The translations under genes and the position numbers were made by a program. Below the pieces are notes generated by a model. It had not been told where the DNA came from and did not search any database. It worked only from the letters and a program-made list of their open reading frames with translations. Shown in pieces: positions 27,434 to 37,537 of a DNA stretch of 64,000 nucleotides (position 1 is the first letter of the stretch; the number at the start of each line of letters is the position of its first letter). The DNA is from SAR324 cluster bacterium (GTDB lineage: Bacteria; SAR324; NAC60-12), in the NCBI GenBank assembly GCA_015231885.1, contig JADGAT010000016.1, positions 660 through 64,659 on the forward strand, in the 5' to 3' direction.

Positions 27434-29869
27434 TCAGTGATAATTGGGGACTTCTGTTTTAGGAAAAGGCTCTTTAGAAATCACAGCGGCATCTTCTGCA
27501 TCTTTTTCTTCTTTGACAGGATCTTCTACTGCAGCAGGCATATATTCTAAAGCCACTTTCAAAGCATCTTCTGCATATTTAACAGGAATGATGGTCAGTT
27601 CCTTCTTAATTTCAGAAGAAATTTCTGTCAGATCTTTTTCGTTTTTTTCTGGAATCAAGACGGTTTTGATACCTGCCCGCTTGGCAGCCAATAATTTTTC
27701 CTTCAACCCGCCAATGGGCAAGACCGTTCCCCTTAGAGTGATCTCTCCTGTCATAGCAACTTCGCTTTGAACAGGAATGCCGGTAAATGCACTGATCAGA
27801 GAAGTGGTGATGGTGATTCCTGCCGAGGGTCCATCTTTAGGGACAGCACCTTCTGGGACATGAATATGGACATCCGTTTCTTTGAAGTGGGAAGAATAAA
27901 TACCAAATCGGTTGGCATTACTGCGGACATAGCTCAACGATGCTTTTGCTGATTCTTTCATCACATCACCAAGCTGCCCTGTTAATTTCAATTTATTAGA
28001 CCCTTTCATTAAGCACACTTCAGTATTCAACAATTTTCCGCCAACTTGAGTCCACGCCAGACCATTCGTGACCCCCACTTCATTCTTTTCGTGAATTGCT
28101 TTATGTTTGTATCGAGGAACACCTAAAAACTGATGAACCTTACCGGTGGTGATAGCAATGGGTGTTTTGGTTTTTTGCTGCACAATTTGACGCGCTACTT
28201 TCCGACAGACCTTTGAAAGTGAACGTTCAAGATTACGGACACCAGCCTCACTGGTATAACGCTGGATGATTTCAGTCAACCCCTTATGTCTGAATTTAAT
28301 TTGCTCGTCGTTTAATCCATTTTCGGAAATTTGCTTTGGAATCAGATGCTGGATCGCAATATGTTCTTTTTCTAATTCGGTGTATCCCGAAAGTGTGATC
28401 ACTTCCATTCGATCTTTTAAAGCCGCGGGAATATTCTGCCCGACATTTGCTGTACAGAAAAACAACACATCCGACAAATCAAATTCAATTTCCAGGTAAT
28501 GATCCATAAAAGTACTATTCTGTTCACGATCCAACACTTCCAGTAATGCGGCAGAAGGGTCCCCCATCACGCCATGAGTCAGCTTATCTATTTCATCCAG
28601 CAGCATCAAAGGATTACTGCTTTTTGCCTTTCGGATGGATTGTATGATTTTACCAGGCATTGCTCCAATATAGGTCCTTCGATGTCCCCGTATTTCTGCT
28701 TCATCTCGCACACCGCCCAAACTCATCCTAACAAAGTTCCTGCCCAATGCTTTTGCAACAGAGCGGGCTAACGAAGTTTTTCCGACTCCTGGAGGACCAA
28801 CGAGACAGATGATCGGGCCATGCATTTCGCCTACTTTTTTTGCAACAGCCAGATACTCAATCATACGTTCTTTGATTTTTTCGAGTCCGTAATGCTCTGC
28901 GTTCAAAACGGCTTCTGCTTTATCTAAATCAAAATGATCCTCTGTTTTATGGTTCCAGGGCAACCCCAGGAGCCAGTCCAGGTAGTTGCGAACCACATTA
29001 GCCTCAGCAGACATGGGTTGCATCATTTTTAACTTTTTCAGTTCTTTTTCTGCAACCTCTTTTGCCTCCTTAGCAAGCTGGGTCTCATTTATTTTATTGG
29101 TATATTCCTCAATCTCAGCTTTTCCATCTTCCTGCCCGAGTTCTTTTTGAATCGCTTTGATTTGTTCATTGAGGTAGTATTCTTTTTGAGTCTTTCCTAT
29201 TTGTCCCTGAACCCGGTCTTTGAGCTGACGTTCCACTTTTTTGAGTTCATTCTCTTCAAGCATCCGCTCATAAATAATTTCCAAACGTTTTTGGGCATCC
29301 GTTATTTCCAAAAGTTCCTGTTTTTTATGCAGTCCCATATTGAGCAATGGAGCAATTCGGTCTGCCAGAAAGTGAGGTTCTTCAATATCCAGCGCAAGCT
29401 TCTCGATGCCTTCAGTGTGTTTTTTTACGTCTTTGAGGTATCGTTTCAATTCTTCACGTACATTTTTGCTCAATGCTGTGAGCTCAGGAGTACGCTCATA
29501 CGTTTCTTTGATTTGCTGTACCTGGGCTGAGTAAAAATCGTCCGTGATATGCGCTTGGATTAAACGCCCACGATGTTTTGCCTCAAATAATGCTTTAATG
29601 GTTCCATTATGCAGACGCATGATTTGAAGAATCTGTCCAATGGTGCCGACTTGAAATAAGTCATTTTCTGTTGGAGTTTCCGTCATTGGGTCTTGTTGTG
29701 CCACCACAAAAATAAGGCGATCGGTTGCCAGGGCTTTTTCCAATGCCGCAATAGAAGGCGCTCTTCCAATAAAAAAAGGTGCCGTCATCTTGGGGAACAC
29801 CACTATATCCCTCATAGGCAGCATGGGCAGTGTTAACAGGTTACTTGATTCATGTTGATCATTTAGCAT
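27434..29869 (-). CDS. lon: ATP-dependent Lon protease
   Basis: Walker A 'GPPGVGKTS'. Catalytic 'PKDGPSAG' Ser. N-terminal LAN domain. 811 aa. Confidence 0.95.
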   Translation of the reverse strand: MLNDQHESSNLLTLPMLPMRDIVVFPKMTAPFFIGRAPSIAALEKALATDRLIFVVAQQDPMTETPTENDLFQVGTIGQILQIMRLHNGTIKALFEAKHRGRLIQAHITDDFYSAQVQQIKETYERTPELTALSKNVREELKRYLKDVKKHTEGIEKLALDIEEPHFLADRIAPLLNMGLHKKQELLEITDAQKRLEIIYERMLEENELKKVERQLKDRVQGQIGKTQKEYYLNEQIKAIQKELGQEDGKAEIEEYTNKINETQLAKEAKEVAEKELKKLKMMQPMSAEANVVRNYLDWLLGLPWNHKTEDHFDLDKAEAVLNAEHYGLEKIKERMIEYLAVAKKVGEMHGPIICLVGPPGVGKTSLARSVAKALGRNFVRMSLGGVRDEAEIRGHRRTYIGAMPGKIIQSIRKAKSSNPLMLLDEIDKLTHGVMGDPSAALLEVLDREQNSTFMDHYLEIEFDLSDVLFFCTANVGQNIPAALKDRMEVITLSGYTELEKEHIAIQHLIPKQISENGLNDEQIKFRHKGLTEIIQRYTSEAGVRNLERSLSKVCRKVARQIVQQKTKTPIAITTGKVHQFLGVPRYKHKAIHEKNEVGVTNGLAWTQVGGKLLNTEVCLMKGSNKLKLTGQLGDVMKESAKASLSYVRSNANRFGIYSSHFKETDVHIHVPEGAVPKDGPSAGITITTSLISAFTGIPVQSEVAMTGEITLRGTVLPIGGLKEKLLAAKRAGIKTVLIPEKNEKDLTEISSEIKKELTIIPVKYAEDALKVALEYMPAAVEDPVKEEKDAEDAAVISKEPFPKTEVPNYH

Positions 29870-30030
29870 TAGATAATCCTTTCTAGTATCGCAATGGGAT
29901 CTATTGACTCAATCCTTGTGAACACTGAAACAAATAGGCAATCATGGGGTAGTTCAATCCTTTTCTTACCATCATAACTTATGTTTTGTTCAAAATCCAG
30001 TGTGCATCTCCCTGAGGAGGCGAGATTTTT

Positions 30031-30537
30031 TTAAAATGGGATATCATCTTCAATATATTCGCTGGGAGGGGGTTCTTCCACAGATTCCTTTGTTGATGCA
30101 TTATGAGCATTTGATGCAATATTCGTCGGTTGCCCAGATCCTTTTGCTGCAGGAGCAGCATAGCCCCCTTCGCTGCTTGAACGAGAATCCAGAAATTGGA
30201 GTGTCCTTGCCTGAATTTCGGTGGTGTAGCGTTTTTGACCATTCTGATCTTCCCAGCTCCGGGTCTGTAATTTTCCTTCAATATAAAGCTGACTGCCCTT
30301 TCTTAAATAATTTTGAGCAAGATCTGCCAGTTTATCCCAGGCAACAACATTGTGCCATTCGGTTTTTTCCTGGCGTTGCCCCTGCTTATCATTCCAGACT
30401 TCTGAAGTAGCCAGTGTGAAGTTAGCAACGGCATTCCCTGACTGAGTGTAACGGATTTCAGGATCTTTCCCAAGACGCCCGATTAGCATGACTTTATTTA
30501 AATTTCCCATCAGATACTCTCTGTTGAAGGTGATCAA
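30031..30537 (-). CDS. ssb: Single-stranded DNA-binding protein
   Basis: OB fold with a Gly/Pro-rich linker and an acidic C-terminal tail ending 'DDIPF'. Confidence 0.9.
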   Translation of the reverse strand: MITFNREYLMGNLNKVMLIGRLGKDPEIRYTQSGNAVANFTLATSEVWNDKQGQRQEKTEWHNVVAWDKLADLAQNYLRKGSQLYIEGKLQTRSWEDQNGQKRYTTEIQARTLQFLDSRSSSEGGYAAPAAKGSGQPTNIASNAHNASTKESVEEPPPSEYIEDDIPF

Positions 30538-31145
30538 TGTAATGAAGTAAGTAAAGACAGAGCTTTTTTAATTTGCCCCTCAAAAGAATTTTCTTCCGCC
30601 TGTACTTGTCCCAGGATAGATAGCACATCTTTATCGGAAAATCCCATATTTGTTAATGCTGATAATAATTCATCTGCCGGGGAATGAAAAACTTTTTCCG
30701 AAACAAGTTGAGTTTTTGTGAATTCCAGTCCGGTGATTGGATGTTTTTTGAGCAGATCTGCCATATCCAGGCAAATTTTTGATGCCGTTTTTTTTCCTAT
30801 TCCTGGAACCGCATTGAGTTGAGAAATATTTTGATTGTAAATGCTTTCTAATAACTGAGGAGGGCGCAAATTCGACAGGGTCACAATGGCTAACTTGGGT
30901 CCCACTCCAGTCGTTTTGATCAGCATTTCAAATATTTTTTTTTCTTCTAATGTTTCGAAACCATATAGAGTGATTTCCCCTTCCCTGACATGAGTATGAA
31001 TATGAAATTGTACTGCCTTGTTTTTTGTTGCCTGGATGAGTAATGGCTGAGGAACAAAAATTTGATATCCCACTCCCGCATCCGTTTTGATGACCAAATA
31101 ATCGGGCTCTGCCAAAAAGACCGTGCCTTCAATGTGTGCGATCAT
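30534..31145 (-). CDS. ruvA: Holliday junction branch-migration protein RuvA
   Basis: 'MIAHIEGTV...' N-terminal OB domain, HhH motifs, and C-terminal domain III. Overlaps ssb by 4 nt. Confidence 0.85.
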   Translation of the reverse strand: MIAHIEGTVFLAEPDYLVIKTDAGVGYQIFVPQPLLIQATKNKAVQFHIHTHVREGEITLYGFETLEEKKIFEMLIKTTGVGPKLAIVTLSNLRPPQLLESIYNQNISQLNAVPGIGKKTASKICLDMADLLKKHPITGLEFTKTQLVSEKVFHSPADELLSALTNMGFSDKDVLSILGQVQAEENSFEGQIKKALSLLTSLH

Positions 31146-31632
31146 GTCGTCTTAAATGGGGAATAAAGTGTGAATGAGTAATGGCAATCGCCAAAGCATC
31201 GGATTCGTCTTCATGGAATTGAGTTTGTTTTTTATTGAGTAAAATCTGTACCATATGCTGAACTTGGTCTTTCGAGGCTCTTCCAACTCCTACCAGAGTT
31301 TGCTTAACTTCCAGAGGGCTGTATTCAAAAACAGGCAAGTGGTGAGTTGCCAGTTTCAACAGAGCCACTCCTCGAGCATGCCCTAAGATTAAAGCCGACT
31401 TTGCGTTTTTTGAGAAAAAAATGGATTCAATGGAACCGCACTCTGGCTGAAATTCCTGAAGAACTTCATCCAGTTGTTGATCCAGCATCACTAAACGGTC
31501 AGCCAGTGACGCTGATTCAGTGAGATGGATACACCCACTCTTGACATAGACGTTGCGGTTGCCGTCTTTTTGTATAATACCATACCCTGTTTTGCGGCTT
31601 CCTGGGTCAATACCAATGATCAGCATGGTCAA
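31129..31632 (-). CDS. ruvC: Crossover junction endodeoxyribonuclease RuvC
   Basis: 'IIGIDPGSRKTGYGI' RNase-H-like N-terminus. 167 aa. Confidence 0.9.
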   Translation of the reverse strand: MTMLIIGIDPGSRKTGYGIIQKDGNRNVYVKSGCIHLTESASLADRLVMLDQQLDEVLQEFQPECGSIESIFFSKNAKSALILGHARGVALLKLATHHLPVFEYSPLEVKQTLVGVGRASKDQVQHMVQILLNKKQTQFHEDESDALAIAITHSHFIPHLRRHDRTH

Positions 31633-31638
31633 GGTCGA

Positions 31639-32391
31639 TTATGACATTTGGGACAGGACACTATCACTAATATCGAAGTTTGAATAGACTTTTTGGATAT
31701 CATCATTGTCCTCCAGTTGGTCAATCAAGCGCATCACCTGCTCAGCTTTTTTAAGATCATCAATTTCGATTCTGTTTTGGGGAACCCAGGCAATTTCGGC
31801 AGATGCCATAGGAATACCTTTTCCTTCCAATTCTTCGCAGACTTGTGAGAAGCTGGAAATGGCAGTCACCACTTCAAAATTTTCTGTATCATCAGTATTG
31901 AGATCATCAGCACCAGCCTCCAGAATCAGCTCAGTCAGGCTGTCTTCATCAATGGCCGTTTTGTCAATATAAATTTGGCCCAAATGATCAAACATGTATT
32001 GTACTGAGTTGGGAGATCCTAAATTTCCTCCCAGTTTGCTGAAGGTGCTGCGGACAAAAGAAATAGTACGGTTGCGGTTATCGGTCATGACTTCCACAAT
32101 GATAGCCACATTGTGGGGGCCATATCCTTCATAGAGTATTTCTTCATAGTCCACTCCTTCCAGCTCGCCGGTTCCTTTTTTAATGGCACGCTCAATATTA
32201 TCTTTTGGCATGCTTTGGCTTTTTGCAGTAGAAATAGCAGTACGCAGTCGCGGATTGGATTCAACATCTCCTCCTCCAAGCCTGGCGGCAATGGTAATTT
32301 CTTTGATCAATTTTGTGAAAATTTTACCACGTTTGGCATCCTGTGCTCCTTTTCGATGCTTGATGGAACTCCATTTACTATGTCCTGACAT
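31639..32391 (-). CDS. YebC/PmpR-family probable transcriptional regulator
   Basis: '[15 protein letters not shown]' hallmark N-terminus. 250 aa. Confidence 0.9.
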   Translation of the reverse strand: MSGHSKWSSIKHRKGAQDAKRGKIFTKLIKEITIAARLGGGDVESNPRLRTAISTAKSQSMPKDNIERAIKKGTGELEGVDYEEILYEGYGPHNVAIIVEVMTDNRNRTISFVRSTFSKLGGNLGSPNSVQYMFDHLGQIYIDKTAIDEDSLTELILEAGADDLNTDDTENFEVVTAISSFSQVCEELEGKGIPMASAEIAWVPQNRIEIDDLKKAEQVMRLIDQLEDNDDIQKVYSNFDISDSVLSQMS

Positions 32392-32532
32392 AACCTTCCT
32401 CTTTTTATGATAAGGAATGAGGATAAAATAACTTCCATCAACAATTCCCTTTTTAGCAGGGGGCCGGGGGATTATTAAAAGATAGGGAAGTTATTTAATT
32501 TTCATTCCTAACGTTGATTATCAACTTAAATT

Positions 32533-33900
32533 TTATTCTCTGTTTCCATGAATAGCACGCCCTACCAGATCATAAGGATGAGCATCCGTGATTTCAATCA
32601 TGTTGAAATCCATTGGCCTGACTTCCCCCTCATTGATATAGACCAACCCATCGACGTTTGCGCCCTGATACTGGGTACGTCCCTGTATCAATAAATCACT
32701 TTCCTGTGACACCCCGTCTACCAGCACTTGCAGACTTTTGCCAATATGAGACTTGTTTTTCTTTAAGCTGATATGCTGCTGTATTTCCAGGAGCTGTTCT
32801 TTTCGCTCTCGTTTTAATGCATTGGGAACAGGGTCGCCCCATTTGGCCGAAGTGATGTTGTCTTCATGGGAGTAAGCAAATACGCCAATGTGATCAAAAT
32901 GTCCTTCTGCCACAAAATCGGAAAGCTCTTTAAAACGGTCTGCTGTTTCTGAGGGAAAACCAACGATGAAGGTAGTACGTAATGCAATATCGGGCAAGTA
33001 TTTTTTGATCTGATCCATTTTTTTGTAAATTTCTTTTGTGGTGATTTTGCGATTCATTCTTGCTAAAACGCCATCATTGATGTGTTGGAACGGCATGTCC
33101 AAATATCGACAGAATCTCGGATCGCTGGCCATTATCTCCAGAGCCTCTTCAGAAAAAGTATTAGGGTAGGCATAAAATATCCGTATCCAATGCTCTCCAT
33201 CCACTTGGCTGATGGCAGACAGCAATGAGGCGATATCTGTATTTTTTGTTAAATCTTTTCCATAAGAAGACGTATCCTGTGAAAGCAGATTGATCTCCCG
33301 GACTCCTTGCTGCAGCAATGTTTTCAATTCCTCAACAATCGATAGGATGGAGCGACTGCTGAAACGGCCCCGTAAATATGGTATATTGCAAAAAGAACAC
33401 ATGTTGGAGCAGCCTTCTGCAATTTTTAAATAAGCAAAATGCTGGGGTGTGCTCTGGATCCTCTCTTGCTTCTCATATTGGGTATAATGAGGTTTTTTAC
33501 TGATCAAAATTTGTGGATGCTGAGGATTGTTGTATATTTGTGAAATTAGGAAAGGAATTTGTTCAAAATTACTGGATCCCAGCAAACCATCCAGCTCCGG
33601 AATGGTTGAGAACAGTTCGTCCTGGTATCGTTGGCTCAAGCATCCGGTGACCACTAATTTTTCGCATTGCCCCGTTGCTTTGTAGTCGCTTAAATTCAAA
33701 ATTCGATCAATGGACTCTTCTGTGGCAGCAGTCACAAAAGCGCATGTATTGAGCACAATGACATGCGCTGAAACGGGTGTGTCTGTGAGTTGATAGTTGT
33801 GCTTCCTGAGGGCTGCCAGCATAATTTCCGAGTCCACCCGGTTTTTTTCACACCCCAATGTCTCTAAATAAATCTGCTTTGGCATACCCTCCTGAACCAT
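32533..33900 (-). CDS. rimO: Radical-SAM methylthiotransferase, RimO/MiaB family (probably ribosomal protein S12 methylthiotransferase RimO)
   Basis: N-terminal MTTase domain (LGCEKN). Radical-SAM CxxxCxxC (CSNMCSFC). C-terminal TRAM domain. The start is likely at MPKQIY (33885). Confidence 0.8.
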   Translation of the reverse strand: MVQEGMPKQIYLETLGCEKNRVDSEIMLAALRKHNYQLTDTPVSAHVIVLNTCAFVTAATEESIDRILNLSDYKATGQCEKLVVTGCLSQRYQDELFSTIPELDGLLGSSNFEQIPFLISQIYNNPQHPQILISKKPHYTQYEKQERIQSTPQHFAYLKIAEGCSNMCSFCNIPYLRGRFSSRSILSIVEELKTLLQQGVREINLLSQDTSSYGKDLTKNTDIASLLSAISQVDGEHWIRIFYAYPNTFSEEALEIMASDPRFCRYLDMPFQHINDGVLARMNRKITTKEIYKKMDQIKKYLPDIALRTTFIVGFPSETADRFKELSDFVAEGHFDHIGVFAYSHEDNITSAKWGDPVPNALKRERKEQLLEIQQHISLKKNKSHIGKSLQVLVDGVSQESDLLIQGRTQYQGANVDGLVYINEGEVRPMDFNMIEITDAHPYDLVGRAIHGNRE

Positions 33901-34186
33901 TCTTTGGATCTAGAATAGAAGAAATGAATTTATGCGAATCCGAAGTTAAAATTTATTTTAAAGAAAAATGACAAGTGCATGATACAGTGTATTGCTTGAA
34001 AAATCTATGGGCTTGATCATATTTTCGCCCAGCTATACTCGTCATTGCGAGGACTGAGGAACGCTGAACGCAGCAATCTCAGGAAGAAATAAATCGCTTC
34101 GCCGTGGCGATGACAATCTTGGGGTGGATCAAAATGTGATCATCTCCAAATCTACTTTTCTATCGGTCTGATTTTACTGTTAAAGT

Positions 34187-34525
34187 TCACCCGAGACATT
34201 TCTCATATAAATCCAGGTGAAATCCAACAATGAACTGATTGCCTATTTGCAGCGTGGGGGCTCTCAAGTTTCCACTGGGGCCCATCACATGGGTCAGTAT
34301 GCTGTCCTGTTCCTCGGTGGTTGAATCAAAAGAAATCACTTTTTTACCTTTTGCCACAGTAATCTTTGACGAACCCTTTAATAAGTCCCAGGCAGCCCCC
34401 GGATCAAATCTTTCTTTGCGTGCATCAACAATCGTTTGTACCTTAACCTGCTTTGCATCAAGAAACTCTTGTGCTTTTTTACAGGATGTTCAACCTTTCC
34501 GAAAATACATCCAATCTATTTTCAT
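34187..34525 (-). CDS. Candidate selenoprotein of the ArsC/Spx/YffB thioredoxin-fold family, with an in-frame UGA (Sec) at codon 12 replacing the first Cys of the CxxC motif (G-U-T-S-C)
   Basis: AAGGAG RBS lies 8 nt upstream of the ATG at 34525. Reading through the TGA at 34490-34492 gives a 112-aa protein, MKIDWMYFRKG-U-TSCKKAQEFLDAKQV...RAPTLQIGNQFIVGFHLDLYEKCLG. It aligns along its full length with ArsC-family proteins (Spx 'PSCTSCRKARAWLEEH' against 'RKGUTSCKKAQEFLDAK'; YffB C-terminus 'KRPLL...LLGF' against 'RAPTL...IVGF'). The ORF track missed it because of the TGA. Confidence 0.6.
34455..34474 (-). promoter_or_regulatory. Candidate bacterial SECIS hairpin downstream of the in-frame UGA
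   Basis: The mRNA segment GCACAAGAGUUUCUUGAUGC forms a stem of 7 bp with one bulge and a 5-nt AGUUU loop, beginning 16 nt 3' of the UGA. Bacterial SECIS elements start about 11-20 nt downstream. Loop composition is not canonical. Confidence 0.3.
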
Positions 34526-34734
34526 CGAACACACTCCTTCTTTATTTAAAGAACTCAAGAGTCGTAAGTTTTTATGTCATACCGGACTTGAATCGGTATC
34601 CAAATGCTGTAACTATCTGATAATAATAATGGATTTCAGATTAAGCCCAGAATAACAATATGATGACACCGAATCAATAATATCAGTAACTTAAAAGAAC
34701 TTATGACTGTCGAGTAAAGAATTGTAATTTAAGC

Positions 34735-34749
34735 TGGCAATGATTGCCA
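34735..34749. promoter_or_regulatory. Perfect 7-1-7 palindrome TGGCAAT-G-ATTGCCA in the divergent intergenic region between the selenoprotein gene and moaB; candidate operator
   Basis: Exact inverted repeat read directly from the sequence. It lies 67 bp upstream of the moaB start. Confidence 0.3.
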
Positions 34750-34815
34750 AATTATTAGACGATTGAAAAAATTAACTATACAAATGCAATCGCATTTTAC
34801 AACAAAGAACAAATC

Positions 34816-35337
34816 ATGGAAGCCAAAAAAGAATTTTTATCCTTACATATCTCCATATTGACCATTTCCGATACACGCACTGAAGCAAATGATACATCCG
34901 GTCAAACTCTGGTCAGCAGGCTTAAAGAAGCTGGACATGCGCTGATAGAAAAGTGTATTGTCATTGATGATATCTACAAAATTCGCGAAATTGTATCACG
35001 CTGGATTGCCAATGACGGCATTGATGTGATAATTACAACAGGGGGAACTGGTTTGACAGGACGAGACGGTACCCCAGAGGCTGTTTTACCATTGTTTGAT
35101 AAAGAGATTGAAGGATTTGGAGAATTGTTTCGATCCATCTCATTTCAGGAGATTCACACATCAACAGTTCAATCCCGAGCCGTTGCCGGTGTGAGCAACG
35201 GAACATACATCTTTTGCCTGCCAGGTTCCTCTGGAGCCTGCCGCACGGGATGGGATAAAATTCTTAAAGATCAGCTTGATTATCGGCACCGTCCCTGTAA
35301 TTTTGCAGAACTCATTCCTCGCTTAAAGGAATACTAA
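34816..35337 (+). CDS. moaB: Molybdenum cofactor biosynthesis protein MoaB/MogA family (molybdopterin adenylyltransferase-like)
   Basis: 'GGTGLTGRD' MoCF-biosynthesis signature. 173 aa. Confidence 0.8.
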   Translation: MEAKKEFLSLHISILTISDTRTEANDTSGQTLVSRLKEAGHALIEKCIVIDDIYKIREIVSRWIANDGIDVIITTGGTGLTGRDGTPEAVLPLFDKEIEGFGELFRSISFQEIHTSTVQSRAVAGVSNGTYIFCLPGSSGACRTGWDKILKDQLDYRHRPCNFAELIPRLKEY

Positions 35338-35360
35338 TCACCATCAAAGGAGGTGTACAA

Positions 35361-36047
35361 ATGAAATATGCAATTCCCTTATTCAACATTCCTACCATTG
35401 ACGTGGCTGGACAATCCTCAAGTTTTCCAGTACATCGCATTTATTGTGTGGGACGTAATTATGCAGCACATGCCCGGGAAATGGGAAGTGACCCCAAGCG
35501 AGAGCCTCCCTGCTTTTTTACCAAACCGGGAGATTCTGTTGTGGCCAATGGAAGCCAGGTTCCTTATCCTTCAGCAACCGAAAACCTGCACCATGAGGTG
35601 GAACTCGTTGTTGCTATTGGCAAAGACGCTTTAAATATCTCTGCAGATAAAGCCAAAGGTATCATTTTTGGATATGCCGTGGGCAATGATTTGACACGTC
35701 GTGATTTGCAGGCCCAAGCTAAAAAACTGGCACAACCCTGGGATGTGGCCAAAGGTTTTGATCACTCAGCACCCATCACGGCAATTCATCCTGTAGAAAA
35801 AGTAGGGCACCTGGAAAAAGGTGAAATATGGCTGAAAGTGAATGACGACATGCGGCAGCATGGGCATATTGAAGACATGGTGTGGAGCATTCCTGAAGTG
35901 ATTGAAGCCCTTTCCAAATTGTTTCGTTTGATACCTGGAGACCTGATTTTTACAGGAACTCCTGCTGGAGTAGGAGCCCTCTCTCCTGGTGATAAAGTGG
36001 AAGGTTGTGTAGAAGGACTGGATATTTTAAAACATACTGTTGTATAG
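35361..36047 (+). CDS. Fumarylacetoacetate hydrolase (FAH) family protein
   Basis: FAH-fold C-terminal domain sequence, 228 aa. AAAGGAGG RBS upstream. Confidence 0.8.
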   Translation: MKYAIPLFNIPTIDVAGQSSSFPVHRIYCVGRNYAAHAREMGSDPKREPPCFFTKPGDSVVANGSQVPYPSATENLHHEVELVVAIGKDALNISADKAKGIIFGYAVGNDLTRRDLQAQAKKLAQPWDVAKGFDHSAPITAIHPVEKVGHLEKGEIWLKVNDDMRQHGHIEDMVWSIPEVIEALSKLFRLIPGDLIFTGTPAGVGALSPGDKVEGCVEGLDILKHTVV

Positions 36048-36078
36048 TGGTCATCTATTTGCATCTAAATGAACAATA

Positions 36079-37524
36079 TTGCTCATAAGTGTTAAAGTTC
36101 CAAACTTTTTGAAATATATGCAGATGAAAGAAACTAGCCCTGAAAAACAGATTCAGACCTTACAGTCGGAGCTGGAAATAGCCCGCCAGACTCTGAAAGA
36201 TCGAGATCAGGAAATTGAACGTTTCCAGAAGGATTTCAAAAAAGCCAAGATGCAATTGGCAGAAGTACAAAAAGTTGCAGCGATGGTAGCAGAATTAAAA
36301 ATTGAAGCAACTACGGATCGCTTGACAGGATGCTGGAATCAAAATAAACTGACGGATGACCTGGAAGTTCATAAAAAAGGGACATTGATTTATTTCAAAT
36401 TGGACAATATTGGAAAAATCAATGATGCTCTCGGTTTTGAAGCAGGAAATGAGACTGTTGTGCAAATAATTCGGAATCTTCAGCAATTCTTAACCAAAGA
36501 CTATCAACTGTATCGCTGCTGGAGATCTGAGTTTGCTATTCTGATTAAAGAGAACACACAGCAAGGCTTTGAATTGACTGAAAAAATTCGAGATTATCTG
36601 GATTCCGTCCATATCATGTTCGAAAAAACCAGGATCGTGCCAGCCCTGCTCTTCAGCCTTACTGATTTAGCCTTGGGAGACCCCATCCGTCACGTCTATA
36701 TCACCCTCGAAGAAGCCAAAAAAACAAAAAAGACACTGATCTATAGTGACGATCTTGATGCCCAGGAACAATTTTTGAAAGGTTTGGAAGAAGCGAAAAC
36801 AGTGAGTGAAGCCTTTGAGAAAAACCTTTTTTTCCCTGTATTTCAAGGGATTCGGGATAACCGCAAAAACAGTCCCCATTACCAAAAAATCCATAAATTT
36901 GAATGTTTGATTCGTCTGCAATCCGGAGAGAAGGTACTGTCACCTTACTTTTTCATGAAAGGCTTGGAACAGGGGCATCAACTCAGCCGGGCTACCAAAA
37001 TCATGATCATGAAAAGCTGTGAAGCGATGGCGCCGTATACCTACGATTTTTCGATCAATTTGACGGAACAGGACTTGCTGGACGAATCCATGCTCGAATT
37101 TGTGCTGTTCCAAATAGAAGGAAACCAGATTGATCCCGCACGGGTCACTTTTGAAATCCTGGAAGGCATTGGTTCAATGGAGTCTGATACCATCCTTGGC
37201 TTTTTGCATACCTTGAAAAAGAAAAGATGTAAAATTGCCATTGATGACTTTGGAGCAGAGCAATCGAACATTGGAAGATTGCTCAACTTTGAACCGGATT
37301 TTATTAAGATTGATGCCAAGTTCATCAAAAACCTGGCAACTGATAAAAAAAGCCGGATCATTGTAGAAAATGTATTTGACCTCGCAACTCGTATTGGGGC
37401 TGAGGTCGTTGCTGAGTTTGTGGAAAACGAAGACATTCAGCAAGTGATAGAAGACATAGGAATTCATTTTTCCCAAGGGTATTTATTTTCCGTCCCTAAG
37501 GCTGAACTTCCGGAGTCAGGATAA
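36079..37524 (+). CDS. Signalling protein with coiled-coil, a degenerate GGDEF domain and an EAL phosphodiesterase domain
   Basis: The GG(D/E)EF site is replaced by 'WRSEFAIL'. EAL-domain C-terminal half present, with 'ECLIRL' in place of 'EALVRW'. The start may be at 36121. Confidence 0.75.
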   Translation: MLISVKVPNFLKYMQMKETSPEKQIQTLQSELEIARQTLKDRDQEIERFQKDFKKAKMQLAEVQKVAAMVAELKIEATTDRLTGCWNQNKLTDDLEVHKKGTLIYFKLDNIGKINDALGFEAGNETVVQIIRNLQQFLTKDYQLYRCWRSEFAILIKENTQQGFELTEKIRDYLDSVHIMFEKTRIVPALLFSLTDLALGDPIRHVYITLEEAKKTKKTLIYSDDLDAQEQFLKGLEEAKTVSEAFEKNLFFPVFQGIRDNRKNSPHYQKIHKFECLIRLQSGEKVLSPYFFMKGLEQGHQLSRATKIMIMKSCEAMAPYTYDFSINLTEQDLLDESMLEFVLFQIEGNQIDPARVTFEILEGIGSMESDTILGFLHTLKKKRCKIAIDDFGAEQSNIGRLLNFEPDFIKIDAKFIKNLATDKKSRIIVENVFDLATRIGAEVVAEFVENEDIQQVIEDIGIHFSQGYLFSVPKAELPESG

Positions 37525-37537
37525 ACGTAAACTCCTT

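Noticed and set aside
34239-34655. 138-aa plus-strand ORF in the track
   Set aside because: It is antisense to the much better supported minus-strand ArsC/Spx-like selenoprotein gene, which has an RBS, family-wide homology and a conserved C-terminus. The plus-strand ORF has no start context or recognisable sequence.
34735-34749. Possible sigma-54 (-24/-12) promoter reading of TGGCAATGATTGCCA
   Set aside because: The GG-to-GC spacing is 2 nt too short relative to the TGGCAC-N5-TTGC consensus, so it is better described as a simple palindromic operator.
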